Assembly (NCBI GenBank): GCA_051867915.1
Contig: JBJDZJ010000105.1
Span: forward strand, 1-50,447
From: Eubacteriales bacterium
Lineage (GTDB): Bacteria > Bacillota > Clostridia > Oscillospirales > CAG-272
Length of the DNA: 50,447 nucleotides
Reading direction: 5' to 3'
In this document: one piece after another, positions 19,818 through 33,658 of the stretch
How the letters are laid out: each line of letters begins with the position of its first letter
Position numbering within the stretch: position 1 is the first letter of the stretch
Made by a program: the position numbers and the translations under genes
The notes under the pieces: model-generated
The model's input: the letters and a program-made list of their open reading frames with translations, nothing else
Database searches by the model: none
What the model was told of the DNA's origin: nothing

Positions 19818-20288
19818 ATGCAGCTACTTATCAAGCAGAGGGTCTTTTCATGGGGGGACACCTATGATGTCTACGACCAGTCGGGAAGCCCGAAATATCA
19901 TGTGAAAGCGGAAATCTTCACCCTCGGTCATCAGATTCATGTCTACCGCATGGACGGACGGGAGGTGGGGTCGATTCATCAGAAGCTGTTTCGCTTTTTG
20001 CCCGCCTTTGAGGTGGTCATCGACGGACTGGTTGCCGGCAGTGTCCAAAAGCAGTTCTCCTTCTTCCGACCGACATACGACATTGACTTCAGAGGATGGT
20101 CGGCAGAGGGAAACCCGTTTGGATGGGACTATGATGTGACCGACGGCAGGCGGACGGTGATGCACATATCCAAGGAACTCTTTCGCTGGGGGGATACCTA
20201 TGTTCTGTCCTTCGACAATCCCGCCGACGAGATCCCCGGTCTGCTTCTGGTTATCGCCATTGACGCGGCAAACTGCGGCAATGACTGA
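19818..20288 (+). CDS. LURP-one-related / Tubby C-terminal-like protein
   Basis: IKQRVFSWGDTY, ISKELFRWGDTY and LVIAID motifs. Confidence 0.85.
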   Translation: MQLLIKQRVFSWGDTYDVYDQSGSPKYHVKAEIFTLGHQIHVYRMDGREVGSIHQKLFRFLPAFEVVIDGLVAGSVQKQFSFFRPTYDIDFRGWSAEGNPFGWDYDVTDGRRTVMHISKELFRWGDTYVLSFDNPADEIPGLLLVIAIDAANCGND

Positions 20289-20428
20289 GTCCGATATTTC
20301 GCCCCATCTCCGTATGGGGACACGGATGCGGTGTTTTCCGTGAACCGTCGGGGAAAATACCCCCCATTTTTTGCAAAAATCAGGAAGAAGAACCGCCTGC
20401 AGTTTCCCATAGGCGGTATGGAGTGATT

Positions 20429-21811
20429 ATGATAAACCTTCCCGAACAATTTGTTTCCCGTATGAACTCGATTCTGGGTTCGGATGCGAAAGCCTTCTTT
20501 GCGGCATACGAGAATCCCCCTGTTTCGGGGCTTCATGTGAATCTGCACAAAATATCGACCTCGGATTTGGTGAAATCGGCGGATTTCCCACTGACTCCTC
20601 TGCCCTATACCGGGGAGGGTTTTCTGTATGAGTGCGAAAAGATCGGCAATCAACCTCTGCATCATGCAGGGGCGGTCTATGCGCAGGAGCCTTCTGCCAT
20701 GATGCCTCTTTCCATGATGGAGGGGCGGTCCTTGGGGGATCGGCCCATGATTCTGGATGTCTGCGCCTCTCCCGGGGGAAAAAGCTCCCAGGCGGCGAAT
20801 CTGTTTGCCGGGAGGGATGGGTTGATCGTCTCCAACGAGGTGGTGCAAAGCCGTTGTCTGACCCTTGCCGAGAACATCGAGCGGCTGGGCATCCGAAACA
20901 GCGTTGTAACCAATCTCACTGCCGATCAGTTGGGCTCCCTTTATCGGGGCGTTTTCGATCTGACGGTGGTGGATGCTCCCTGCTCGGGAGAAGGAATGTT
21001 CCGAAAGAATCCCCGGGCAGTGTCCGAGTGGTCGGAAGAGAATATGAATATGTGCGCCGATCGGCAGTGGGAGATCCTGTCGGCGGTTGCGGGGACGGTG
21101 AAGTCGGGCGGATGGCTGATCTATTCCACCTGTACCTTTTCGACCGAGGAAAATGAGGCGATCGTTCTGAAATTCCTGCGCACCCATCCCGATTATGTCC
21201 TTGAAAGCCCGCCCGAGGCGGTGAAGGCTGTGACCGTCGGCGGCATTGCGCCCTCGGACAGCAGTCCGGAAGACGGCATCAATTGGTCCTGCTGTCGCCG
21301 ATTCTATCCCCATCTGGCGTCGGGAGAAGGGCAGTTTGCCGCCCTGCTTCGGCGGGTCGGGGAGGATAAGCCCCGGTTTTGTTATTCCGATGCGCTGACG
21401 CCGCCTTCCAAGGCGGATGCCGCAGTTGTGCGGGCGTTTCTGAAGGAGACAATCGGCGATGTCGGGGAAAATCTGACCCTGTGCGCCCGCAAGGAGGGAA
21501 TCTATGCCGTTTGTCCCGATTTTCCGATGATTCCGACGGGACTCTTCTCGCCCGGAGTCCGGCTGGGGTCGGTACAGAAGGGAAGACTGATCCCCCATCA
21601 CCGCTTTTTCATGGCATACGGACAGGATTTTGTCCGCAAGCTGGAGCTGGACCGGGATCAGGCGGTTGCCTATCTGAAGGGAAACACGGTTCCCTGTACC
21701 GCCTTCACGGGCTGGGGCGTTGTAACCTATCGGGGCTGTACCTTGGGCGGGATTAAAGCGAGCGACGGCGTGGCAAAGAATCACTATCCCAAAGGGCTGA
21801 GGCTTTTGTGA
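20429..21811 (+). CDS. rsmF: RsmF-like (NOL1/NOP2/Sun) rRNA m5C methyltransferase
   Basis: QEPSAM, LDVCASPGGKS, VDAPCSGEGMFRK, YSTCTF, C-terminal KNHYPKGLR; start 20423 or 20429. Confidence 0.88.
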   Translation: MINLPEQFVSRMNSILGSDAKAFFAAYENPPVSGLHVNLHKISTSDLVKSADFPLTPLPYTGEGFLYECEKIGNQPLHHAGAVYAQEPSAMMPLSMMEGRSLGDRPMILDVCASPGGKSSQAANLFAGRDGLIVSNEVVQSRCLTLAENIERLGIRNSVVTNLTADQLGSLYRGVFDLTVVDAPCSGEGMFRKNPRAVSEWSEENMNMCADRQWEILSAVAGTVKSGGWLIYSTCTFSTEENEAIVLKFLRTHPDYVLESPPEAVKAVTVGGIAPSDSSPEDGINWSCCRRFYPHLASGEGQFAALLRRVGEDKPRFCYSDALTPPSKADAAVVRAFLKETIGDVGENLTLCARKEGIYAVCPDFPMIPTGLFSPGVRLGSVQKGRLIPHHRFFMAYGQDFVRKLELDRDQAVAYLKGNTVPCTAFTGWGVVTYRGCTLGGIKASDGVAKNHYPKGLRLL

Positions 21812-26245
<4,434 letters not shown>

Positions 26246-26284
26246 GGCGGTTCCGTCAAACGCTGCCCGATCAAGTCGGTTTAT

Positions 26285-26322
26285 AAATCCAATTTCCCGG
26301 CATTTGCCGGGAAATTGGATTT
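26285..26322. repeat. Dispersed palindrome copy 1 (AATCCAATTTCCCGGC-N4-GCCGGGAAATTGGATT)
   Basis: Perfect inverted repeat whose 16-bp arms are identical to those at 44562-44605. Confidence 0.85.
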
Positions 26323-26509
26323 TATGATGTTTTCCGCCTTCTTCACGGGAAGGAGGGGAGAGCCGTGCCCATACGGGATATGACCTCTGTGAGGGCAGAT
26401 CCTGTCGGGAAGAAGGTTCGGGGCGCCGACATCCCTCTCTGGTCTTGTTAATCTGTCGTTTTTGAATGTTGATTTTTGCAAAAATTCACAATGATTTTGC
26501 TTTTATCGC

Positions 26510-26538
26510 TTGACAAACGGGGGAAAGTATGGTACTAT
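26510..26538 (+). promoter_or_regulatory. sigmaA promoter
   Basis: TTGACA-N17-TACTAT with TGn; overlapping TATAAT. Confidence 0.7.
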
Positions 26539-26576
26539 AATTTCAGTAAATTTTTTACTTGAAAGGAAAAATTCCT

Positions 26577-28529
26577 ATGAAACTCAGACCTCCATCAGTT
26601 CCTCTGATTACGATTGACCCCTATTTTTCGGTGTGGTCGCCTGCCGACAGGCTGACCGACGCCACCACAGAGCATTGGACCGGTAAGCCCAACACCATGC
26701 TGGGCATTGCCAACATCGACGGCGAAGACTACATCTTCATGGGCGTTGCCAACAAGCCCCTTCCCGCGATGGAGCAGGTCTCCCTGAATGTGACCGCACT
26801 GTCTACCGAGTACAAGTTTGCGGCAGCAGGCATTGAGATGACCGCCCTCTTCTCCACCCCTCTGCTTCCCGATGACTACTACTATTTCACCCGTCCCATC
26901 AGCTATCTGAAGGTGAACTACACCTCTACCGACGGCAAGGAACACAAGGTGAAAATCACCGTAAAGGTTTCCGAGGAAATCTGTCTGGATTTCCGCGGAA
27001 TCGGACATGTGGAGACCGAAGTTCTCGATCAGGGCGAGATCGCAACCGCCAAGATCGGCAACAAGAAGCAGAGAGTTCTTGCCCGCAGAGGCGACGATAT
27101 CCGTATCGACTGGGGCTACTTCTACCTGTCTGTTAAGGGCGGCAGAGCGTATGCCGAAGAGATCCCCATGGCATTCCGTGAGAGAGAGCATCACGGCAAA
27201 TCCATCTTCATGACCTTCGTTTGCGCAGAAAAGGAAATCGGATGCCCCAAGTGCGGCGCCCTGTTTACCTTCGCATATGACGACATCGAGTCCATGATTT
27301 ACTTCGGCGATCATCTGAAGTCCTGGTGGAACAAGGACGGCGCCCTGATCACCGACGAGATTGTCAAGGCCTTCGGCGATTACAATGAAGTAATGGAGAA
27401 GGCGAACGCATTCTCCGCAAAGCTGGCGTCCGACGCCGAGGCGGCAGGCGGCAAGCATTATGCCGAGATGCTGGAGCTGGCATACCGTCAGGTTTGCGCC
27501 GCTCATAAGCTGGTTCTCGACAAGGACGGCAACATCCTCTACATATCCAAGGAGTGCCACTCCAACGGCTGTGCCGCTACGGTGGATGTCTCCTATCCCT
27601 CCATCCCCATGTTCCTGCTCTACAATCCCGAGCTGGTTGTGGGTATGATGAGACCCATTATCAAGTATGCCCGCTCCGATGAGTGGTCCAAGAAGCTGAA
27701 GTTCGACTTCGCTCCCCACGACGCCGGTCAGTATCCTCATGTCAACGGTCAGGTCTATGCCGACAACAATATCGACGGACAGATGCCCGTTGAGGAATGC
27801 GGCAACATGATCGTCATGGCGGCGGCTGCGGCAATCGCCTCCGGCGATGTGTCCTACGCCAAGGAAAATCTGGATCTTCTGGAAATGTGGGCAAATTACC
27901 TGCTGAAGTACGGCGCAGATCCTGCAAATCAGCTTTGCACCGACGACTTCGCCGGCCATCTGGCTCACAACACCAACCTGTCCCTGAAGGCCATCTCCGG
28001 CATCATCGGTCTGGGACTGCTGTACAGAATGATGGGCGACGAGACCAAGGCAGAGGATTACCTTGCCAAGGCAAAGGAACTGTCGGAAGATTGGGCAGTC
28101 CGTGCCTCCAACGGCGACGGCTCCTACCGTCTGGCATATGACCGTCCCGGTACCTTCTCCATGAAGTACAACATCGTTTGGGATAAGCTGTTCGGAACCG
28201 ATGTGATGGACAAGAGCGTTATCGCCTCCGAAGTGGCTTCCTATAAGGAAAAGACCAATCCTTACGGCCTGCCTCTGGACAATCGGAAGTCCTACACCAA
28301 GTCCGACTGGCTGGTTTGGACCGCAACTCTGGCGGAAGACAAGGAAACCTTTGAAGAGATGATCGAACCTCTTTGGAAGGCATACAACTATTCCGAGTCC
28401 CGCTGCCCCATGACCGACTGGTACTGGACCGTCACCGCAAATCAGGTCGGATTCCGTCACAGATCGGTTCAGGGAGGACTGTTCATCAAGCTGCTGGAAG
28501 CGTCCGGTAAGATGAACATGAATAAATAA
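26577..28529 (+). CDS. DUF4965/DUF5127 'glutaminase A-like' protein (probable glycosidase fold)
   Basis: RPPSVPLITIDPYFSVWS, SKECHSNGCAATVDVSYPS, MPVEECGNM, QLCTDDFAG and YTKSDW motifs. Confidence 0.88.
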   Translation: MKLRPPSVPLITIDPYFSVWSPADRLTDATTEHWTGKPNTMLGIANIDGEDYIFMGVANKPLPAMEQVSLNVTALSTEYKFAAAGIEMTALFSTPLLPDDYYYFTRPISYLKVNYTSTDGKEHKVKITVKVSEEICLDFRGIGHVETEVLDQGEIATAKIGNKKQRVLARRGDDIRIDWGYFYLSVKGGRAYAEEIPMAFREREHHGKSIFMTFVCAEKEIGCPKCGALFTFAYDDIESMIYFGDHLKSWWNKDGALITDEIVKAFGDYNEVMEKANAFSAKLASDAEAAGGKHYAEMLELAYRQVCAAHKLVLDKDGNILYISKECHSNGCAATVDVSYPSIPMFLLYNPELVVGMMRPIIKYARSDEWSKKLKFDFAPHDAGQYPHVNGQVYADNNIDGQMPVEECGNMIVMAAAAAIASGDVSYAKENLDLLEMWANYLLKYGADPANQLCTDDFAGHLAHNTNLSLKAISGIIGLGLLYRMMGDETKAEDYLAKAKELSEDWAVRASNGDGSYRLAYDRPGTFSMKYNIVWDKLFGTDVMDKSVIASEVASYKEKTNPYGLPLDNRKSYTKSDWLVWTATLAEDKETFEEMIEPLWKAYNYSESRCPMTDWYWTVTANQVGFRHRSVQGGLFIKLLEASGKMNMNK

Positions 28530-28609
28530 GAACAGATATCACCGAATCAGGAATAAAATCCTCTTTTTGGGAAATTCTGTATAAATAAAATTTATATGGA
28601 GGTAGAATT

Positions 28610-29149
28610 ATGGAACTCAAAGGAAGTAAAACCGAAATGAACCTGCTTGCGGCATTTGCAGGTGAAAGCCAGGCGTACACCAAGTACGGCTACTATGCTT
28701 CCAAAGCCAAGAAGGACGGCTATCAGCAGATCGCCGCAATCTTCGAGGAAACCGCAAAGAACGAGAAGGAACACGCAAAAATCTGGTTCAAGCTCCTGCA
28801 TGACGGAGATATTCCCGCAACGCTCGACAATCTGGCCGATGCGGCTGCTGGCGAGAACTACGAATGGACCGATATGTATGCCGAGTTTGCAAAGCAGGCA
28901 AAGGAAGAGGGCTTCACCCGTATTGCCTACCTGTTTGAAGCAGTCGGAAAGATCGAAAAGGAGCATGAGGAGCGTTACCGCAAGCTGATTTCCAACATCG
29001 AAGAGGGCATCGTCTTCTCCAGAGACGGAGATCGGATCTGGCAGTGCTCCAACTGCGGTCACATCGTGATCGGCAAGAGCGCCCCCGAGGTTTGCCCCGT
29101 TTGCGCTCATCCCAAGGCATATTTCGAGATCAAGAAGGAAAATTATTGA
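28610..29149 (+). CDS. rbr: Rubrerythrin
   Basis: [43 protein letters not shown]. Confidence 0.96.
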   Translation: MELKGSKTEMNLLAAFAGESQAYTKYGYYASKAKKDGYQQIAAIFEETAKNEKEHAKIWFKLLHDGDIPATLDNLADAAAGENYEWTDMYAEFAKQAKEEGFTRIAYLFEAVGKIEKEHEERYRKLISNIEEGIVFSRDGDRIWQCSNCGHIVIGKSAPEVCPVCAHPKAYFEIKKENY

Positions 29150-29187
29150 TTCTCAAAAATCCGGAAGTCCGAAACTTCCGAAAAAAC

Positions 29188-29222
29188 AAGTGCGTACATC
29201 CCCGATGGGGGTGTACGCACTT
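29188..29222 (+). terminator. Terminator after rbr
   Basis: AAGTGCGTACATCCC-loop-GGGGTGTACGCACTT hairpin. Confidence 0.7.
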
Positions 29223-29329
29223 CGCTGTTTTCTGTAACAATAACGGTACATATCTTTTGCAAATTGATGAACAGGATTTGAACATTCCTAACGCTGTTCA
29301 ACCTTGTTGTAAATATTAACCAAAAATAA

Positions 29330-29358
29330 TTGACAAATTCGGATATATTTGGTATACT
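29330..29358 (+). promoter_or_regulatory. sigmaA promoter
   Basis: TTGACA-N17-TATACT with TGn. Confidence 0.8.
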
Positions 29359-29462
29359 GTGATCGAAAGAACAGGCATAAGAAAAGATGAAATCTATTTG
29401 CAACGGATGGACGGAAAACGCCCCGCAAAACAGTTATCTGTTCTGAAAGGAGTGAAAACATT

Positions 29463-30527
29463 ATGAAAAGACTCATATCTATCATATTGGCAGGACTTCT
29501 GACTGCCGCGGCAGTTCTCTTTACGGCAGGCTGTCAAAAACATGGTAGTGTACCATCGGGATGGGAGGTTGTATCGGAAGGGGACGGATTCGAAGTTTTG
29601 TCCCTGGCGTCGGGAAGCGACAGGGATCAGAAACTGGACCGATCCTATAATCATAATGACAGAGGTTGTTATCTTGATCTGTACGGACTTGCCGAGGATG
29701 ATGACAGCCTTGTCCATACAAGGGACCGGGATGTGACGATGATCTTCTATTACGGCGCCACAGAGTCGCTGGACCCCAATCGTTGGATGAAGAATTTCAA
29801 AATTGATGTTAGCCTGTCAAATTTGGATGGATCCGAATACCGGTGCGTCCTGACCGGGGAAGTGCAGACCGCCGATCTTTACGATATCCGGGTGGACGGG
29901 GACGGCGAGATGTATGCAAGGCATGCCCTTCGGATTACCGTTCCCATGTCGGAATTTGAAGAATTGAAGTCGGGAAGTCTGTACATTGAGCTGAGATCTT
30001 ACACCAATTCCTCCGATTATGGTAGAATCCTTTCTGACTCTGCCGATTTTCTGTACGAAAACGGAAGGCTCTGGCTTGCGGCAACCCGATATATTGCCGG
30101 AACTTACTATCGGCATACCTTCCCCAATGTGTTATTTGAGAATGATTTCTATATAAACTGCGCCGGATTGATTCTTGCAATTGTCCTGTTCATTCTTCTG
30201 CTGGTCAAAAACAAATTCGTATGGATCCCCTATGTTCTTTGTGTTGCGGGGGTTGTTTATTCCTTTGTGGCAATAGAGTATTGGAAGCACATTCCCGATG
30301 TCTTATTTGGCGGGCTTTTCTCCCTGTTCGGCGTATTTGCATATCTATTTCTGATTGTGATCTTTTTCGTGATTCATCTGATCGTGCGTGATGTGCGCTG
30401 TAAAAAGGCCATCGAGCGGGAGATTGCACGGAAAGAAGCCGCCAGACGGGAGGAAATGCGGGCGATGGAGGCCACAGAGAATCCGCCGCATCCGTACGGG
30501 TCGGATCGAAACGATCCCACACCGTAA
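29463..30527 (+). CDS. Hypothetical lipoprotein with C-terminal transmembrane helices
   Basis: AAGGAG RBS; lipobox-like FTAGC; three hydrophobic segments near C-terminus. Confidence 0.75.
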   Translation: MKRLISIILAGLLTAAAVLFTAGCQKHGSVPSGWEVVSEGDGFEVLSLASGSDRDQKLDRSYNHNDRGCYLDLYGLAEDDDSLVHTRDRDVTMIFYYGATESLDPNRWMKNFKIDVSLSNLDGSEYRCVLTGEVQTADLYDIRVDGDGEMYARHALRITVPMSEFEELKSGSLYIELRSYTNSSDYGRILSDSADFLYENGRLWLAATRYIAGTYYRHTFPNVLFENDFYINCAGLILAIVLFILLLVKNKFVWIPYVLCVAGVVYSFVAIEYWKHIPDVLFGGLFSLFGVFAYLFLIVIFFVIHLIVRDVRCKKAIEREIARKEAARREEMRAMEATENPPHPYGSDRNDPTP

Positions 30528-30787
30528 AGGCTTTGCAACGGAAAAGCTATTTCGGCTTTCACCTTCAGCAAAAATATGACGGATTCATTTTCGTTTTTCG
30601 GATAATCAGGAAACGGGCTGCCGCACTTTCAATGCGGCAGCCCGAATAAATTGCCTTGACAAAGCCTCCGACGCATTGATCGGTCAGCCGGGCGGATGGA
30701 GGTCTGTCTTTTTTCTGGGTATTTGAAAGGTTTCAGGGGAACTTTTTTTTAAGTTCCCCTGAAAGAGCTCAATCTTCCGATCTTCTT

Positions 30788-32152
30788 TTATACATTCGCT
30801 TTGTTCTTGTGACTGCGGGCGTCGGGAGCAATCTCTCCGGCGGCGGCGAGAGCGTTCTTGGTCAGCATCGGTGCGACCAGCTCATAGATCATGACGGCAA
30901 AGAGAGCAATGTTCAGGGTTTCGCCGCCGCAGATGTTCGCCATACCCAGCGCAACGCCCGCCTGCGGGAACAGGGTAATACCCAGATACTTCACCACATT
31001 GTGATCGCATTTGGTGGCAATGGCTCCGAATCTGGCTCCCAGATACTTTCCGATGGCACGGACCAGAATATAGATCACGCCGATCAGCACATATTGCCAC
31101 TTGGTGAAGATGACCAGATCGAAGGTTGCACCGCTCAGGGCGAAGAAGAGAACCGTAATGGGGAATGCCCAGTTGGAGCAGAGGGAGACGATACCGGGTC
31201 TTCCGTCCTCCCGGTCGGATGCAAAATCGCAGAGATTGCAGAAGGTTGCGCCGCACATCATGCAGACCAGCAGGGCGGAGAAGCCGAACTTGAAACTGCC
31301 GAAATGGAATTCGAAGTCGGAAGCAATGACACAGGAGAGAACCGTCAGAATGGCAAGAATTTTGCGGTTTTCGGTAACACGGAAGTGCTTTGCGAGAAAA
31401 GAAAGGAGCAGTCCGGCAACCAATCCCAAAAGCAGGGAGGCGACGATTTCGCAAAGAGGAGAAACCAGAATGCTGATAAGGTCTATGGTGCCGCCGTCAA
31501 TGGCATTGGCGATTCCGTTGGAGATGGAGAACACCATCAGACCGATGGCATCGTCCAGCGCAACGACGGGAAGAAGGATGTCGGTCACCTTACCTTTGGC
31601 GTGATACTGGTTGATGACCAGCACCGTTGCCGCAGGGGCGGTCGCTGTTGCAATAGCGCCCAGATTGATGGCGGTGGAAAGGGACAGCGTTCCGTCGGGG
31701 AGGATGAAGGAAAGGGAGATCAGCACGATGTCCACAAAGACGGTGGCAAGCAGTGCCTGCGTAAAGGCGATGACGGTCGCCGCTTTACCGGTTTTTTTCA
31801 GATCCGATATTTTGAATTCTTCACCGATGCCGAAGGCGATGAAGCCCAGGGCAATCTCGGTAAAGACGGTCAGTCCCGAGGTTGAAATGACGCCTGCGGC
31901 GGGATCGGCAGATTGCGTGATAAAGCCAACGGCATTGAAGCCCAGCGAGCCCAGAACATAGGGCCCCACCAGAACGCCGCCGATCAGATAGCCGGTGACG
32001 GCGGGTAAATGAAGATAGCCCAACATCTTTGCCATGAAAAAGGCCATGAACAGGGTGACCACAATGGCAAGAAGTCCCTTCAGCGGCGTTGTTACCGGGA
32101 AGGAAAGGAAGGATTTGATGAAGGACTTAATCAGGAGAATGTCCATTTGCAT
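30788..32152 (-). CDS. Cation:proton antiporter (CPA2-like)
   Basis: LPAVTGYLIGGVLVGP, ATATAPAAT, VVALDDA, FFALSGA and PQAGVALG motifs. Confidence 0.9.
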   Translation of the reverse strand: MQMDILLIKSFIKSFLSFPVTTPLKGLLAIVVTLFMAFFMAKMLGYLHLPAVTGYLIGGVLVGPYVLGSLGFNAVGFITQSADPAAGVISTSGLTVFTEIALGFIAFGIGEEFKISDLKKTGKAATVIAFTQALLATVFVDIVLISLSFILPDGTLSLSTAINLGAIATATAPAATVLVINQYHAKGKVTDILLPVVALDDAIGLMVFSISNGIANAIDGGTIDLISILVSPLCEIVASLLLGLVAGLLLSFLAKHFRVTENRKILAILTVLSCVIASDFEFHFGSFKFGFSALLVCMMCGATFCNLCDFASDREDGRPGIVSLCSNWAFPITVLFFALSGATFDLVIFTKWQYVLIGVIYILVRAIGKYLGARFGAIATKCDHNVVKYLGITLFPQAGVALGMANICGGETLNIALFAVMIYELVAPMLTKNALAAAGEIAPDARSHKNKANV

Positions 32153-32192
32153 ATGCCTCCGAATACATGAGGGGAAATTTCAAATCACGGGT

Positions 32193-32222
32193 ATTATACC
32201 ACTTTTTCCCGGCCCCCGTCAA
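32193..32222 (-). promoter_or_regulatory. sigmaA promoter of antiporter
   Basis: TTGACG-N18-TATAAT with TGn. Confidence 0.65.
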
Positions 32223-32288
32223 GTGGAAAAAGTATGAAAAAGCATGGCGGTTCGACGGATAATTTTGTCTATTTTGTTGGAGCTGCCC

Positions 32289-32318
32289 TTGACAAAATCC
32301 GGCAGAATATGATATAAT
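32289..32318 (+). promoter_or_regulatory. sigmaA promoter of WYL gene
   Basis: TTGACA-N18-TATAAT with TGn. Confidence 0.7.
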
Positions 32319-32347
32319 TGGACAAAGCATTCAAAAGGAGAATTGCC

Positions 32348-33334
32348 ATGTCACAAAGTCCCGAGAAAAAGGTTCGGATTCTATGGATCCTGCGCTTTCT
32401 GGCAAGGGAGACAGACAAGGATCACGGGCTTACCGAAAAGGAATTGGAAGAGCGGCTGAATGAGCAGGGAATCCCCTGCGAGCGGCGGCTGATCTACGAC
32501 GATCTTCATGCGCTGGAGTTTTTCGGCTATGAGATCGGGAAGTACGGCAGACCGGTTCGCTACTATCTCGACAGTCGGATGTTCAGCCTCCCCGAGTTGA
32601 AACTGTTGGTGGATGCGGTTCAGTCCTCCAGATTTCTCACCACCGAGAAGTCTGACGAGCTGATTCACAAGCTGGAAGGGCTGTGCAGTTATGCCGAAGC
32701 CAGAGAACTGTCCCGATCGGTTCATGTCCAGAACCGCATCAAGGCCATGAACGAGTCCATCTATCTGAATGTGGACAGAATTCACACGGGAATCAGTCTG
32801 GGAAGGCAGATCCGTTTTCAGTATTTTCGATGGAACGCCCGGAAAGAGAAGGAATTCCGCCACGGCGGCGGTTATTACACGGTCAGTCCCTATGCCCTGA
32901 CCTGGACCGACGACAATTATTACATGATTGCTTGGGACGCCGACAACGGTCAGATCCGTCATTATCGGGTGGATCGGATGATCAGGATCACGGTCAGCGA
33001 TCTTCCCCGTGAGGGGCAGAAGGAGTATGATCGGGTGGATCTGGCACGCTATACCAACAAGCATTTCGGAATGTTCGGCGGTGAGGAATGCGCCGTCCGA
33101 CTGTTGTGCGACGACAGTCTCGCCGGAATCATCATTGATCGGTTCGGCACCGAACCCAGCTTCTTTCGGGCATCGGACACGACCTTTGAAGTGACGGTCA
33201 AGGTCGTCCCCTCGCCCCAGTTTTTCGGATGGCTGGCGGGGCTGGAGGGCAAGATCCGCATAACCTCTCCAAAATCGGTAGTGGACAGCTTCACCGCCTA
33301 TCTGGACGGCATCCGTCGGGCATACGAAGACTGA
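32348..33334 (+). CDS. wHTH-WYL-WCX transcriptional regulator
   Basis: N-terminal wHTH (ETDKDHGLT..CERRLIYDDL), ELKLLVDAVQSSRF, WYL core SPYALTW..YYMIA..RHYRVDRM, C-terminal FFGWL..ITSP. Confidence 0.92.
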   Translation: MSQSPEKKVRILWILRFLARETDKDHGLTEKELEERLNEQGIPCERRLIYDDLHALEFFGYEIGKYGRPVRYYLDSRMFSLPELKLLVDAVQSSRFLTTEKSDELIHKLEGLCSYAEARELSRSVHVQNRIKAMNESIYLNVDRIHTGISLGRQIRFQYFRWNARKEKEFRHGGGYYTVSPYALTWTDDNYYMIAWDADNGQIRHYRVDRMIRITVSDLPREGQKEYDRVDLARYTNKHFGMFGGEECAVRLLCDDSLAGIIIDRFGTEPSFFRASDTTFEVTVKVVPSPQFFGWLAGLEGKIRITSPKSVVDSFTAYLDGIRRAYED

Positions 33335-33361
33335 AAAGCACCGACTGGAGTCTGTCGGTGC

Positions 33362-33407
33362 AAAGAAACAGGAGTACCGGAAAAGAAACAGGAATACCGG
33401 AAAAGAA
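33362..33407 (+). repeat. 20-bp tandem repeat (about 2.3 copies)
   Basis: AAAGAAACAGGAGTACCGGA / AAAGAAACAGGAATACCGGA / AAAGAA. Confidence 0.85.
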
Positions 33408-33443
33408 TGGTCCTTTTTTATGAGCCGAAAAAAGTTTTATAAA

Positions 33444-33476
33444 GTACCGTTTTCGGTACACTTGACCCTGTATAAT
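33444..33476 (+). promoter_or_regulatory. Promoter with palindromic operator replacing -35
   Basis: GTACCG-TTTT-CGGTAC palindrome, 11 nt, then TATAAT; no -35 consensus at 17-nt spacing. Confidence 0.65.
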
Positions 33477-33658
33477 GAAGATACCGGGAAGACACACTCT
33501 CGGAAGGGTGCGGTTTTCGGGAACCATTCAAAGTATGGAGGGTAAATGTCTGAAAAAGCCGGAGGCTTTTTCAGACAGAAGGTTTTGTGCCTTGGCGGTC
33601 CCACAACTGCCATTCCGGCACCAAACTTTTGCAATCTGCGAAAGGGACGGTTATTACG

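Noticed and set aside
20300-20330. CCGTG(T)CCCCATACGG-like similarity between 20303-20327 (minus) and 26362-26380
   Set aside because: Short, gapped match; may be a degenerate REP but cannot be distinguished from chance
28540-28570. Possible PerR/Fur box upstream of rubrerythrin (AGGAATAAAATCCT)
   Set aside because: Too weak a match to call by eye
33362-33407. Possible mini-CRISPR array
   Set aside because: Repeats are contiguous with no spacers and no repeat-like hairpin
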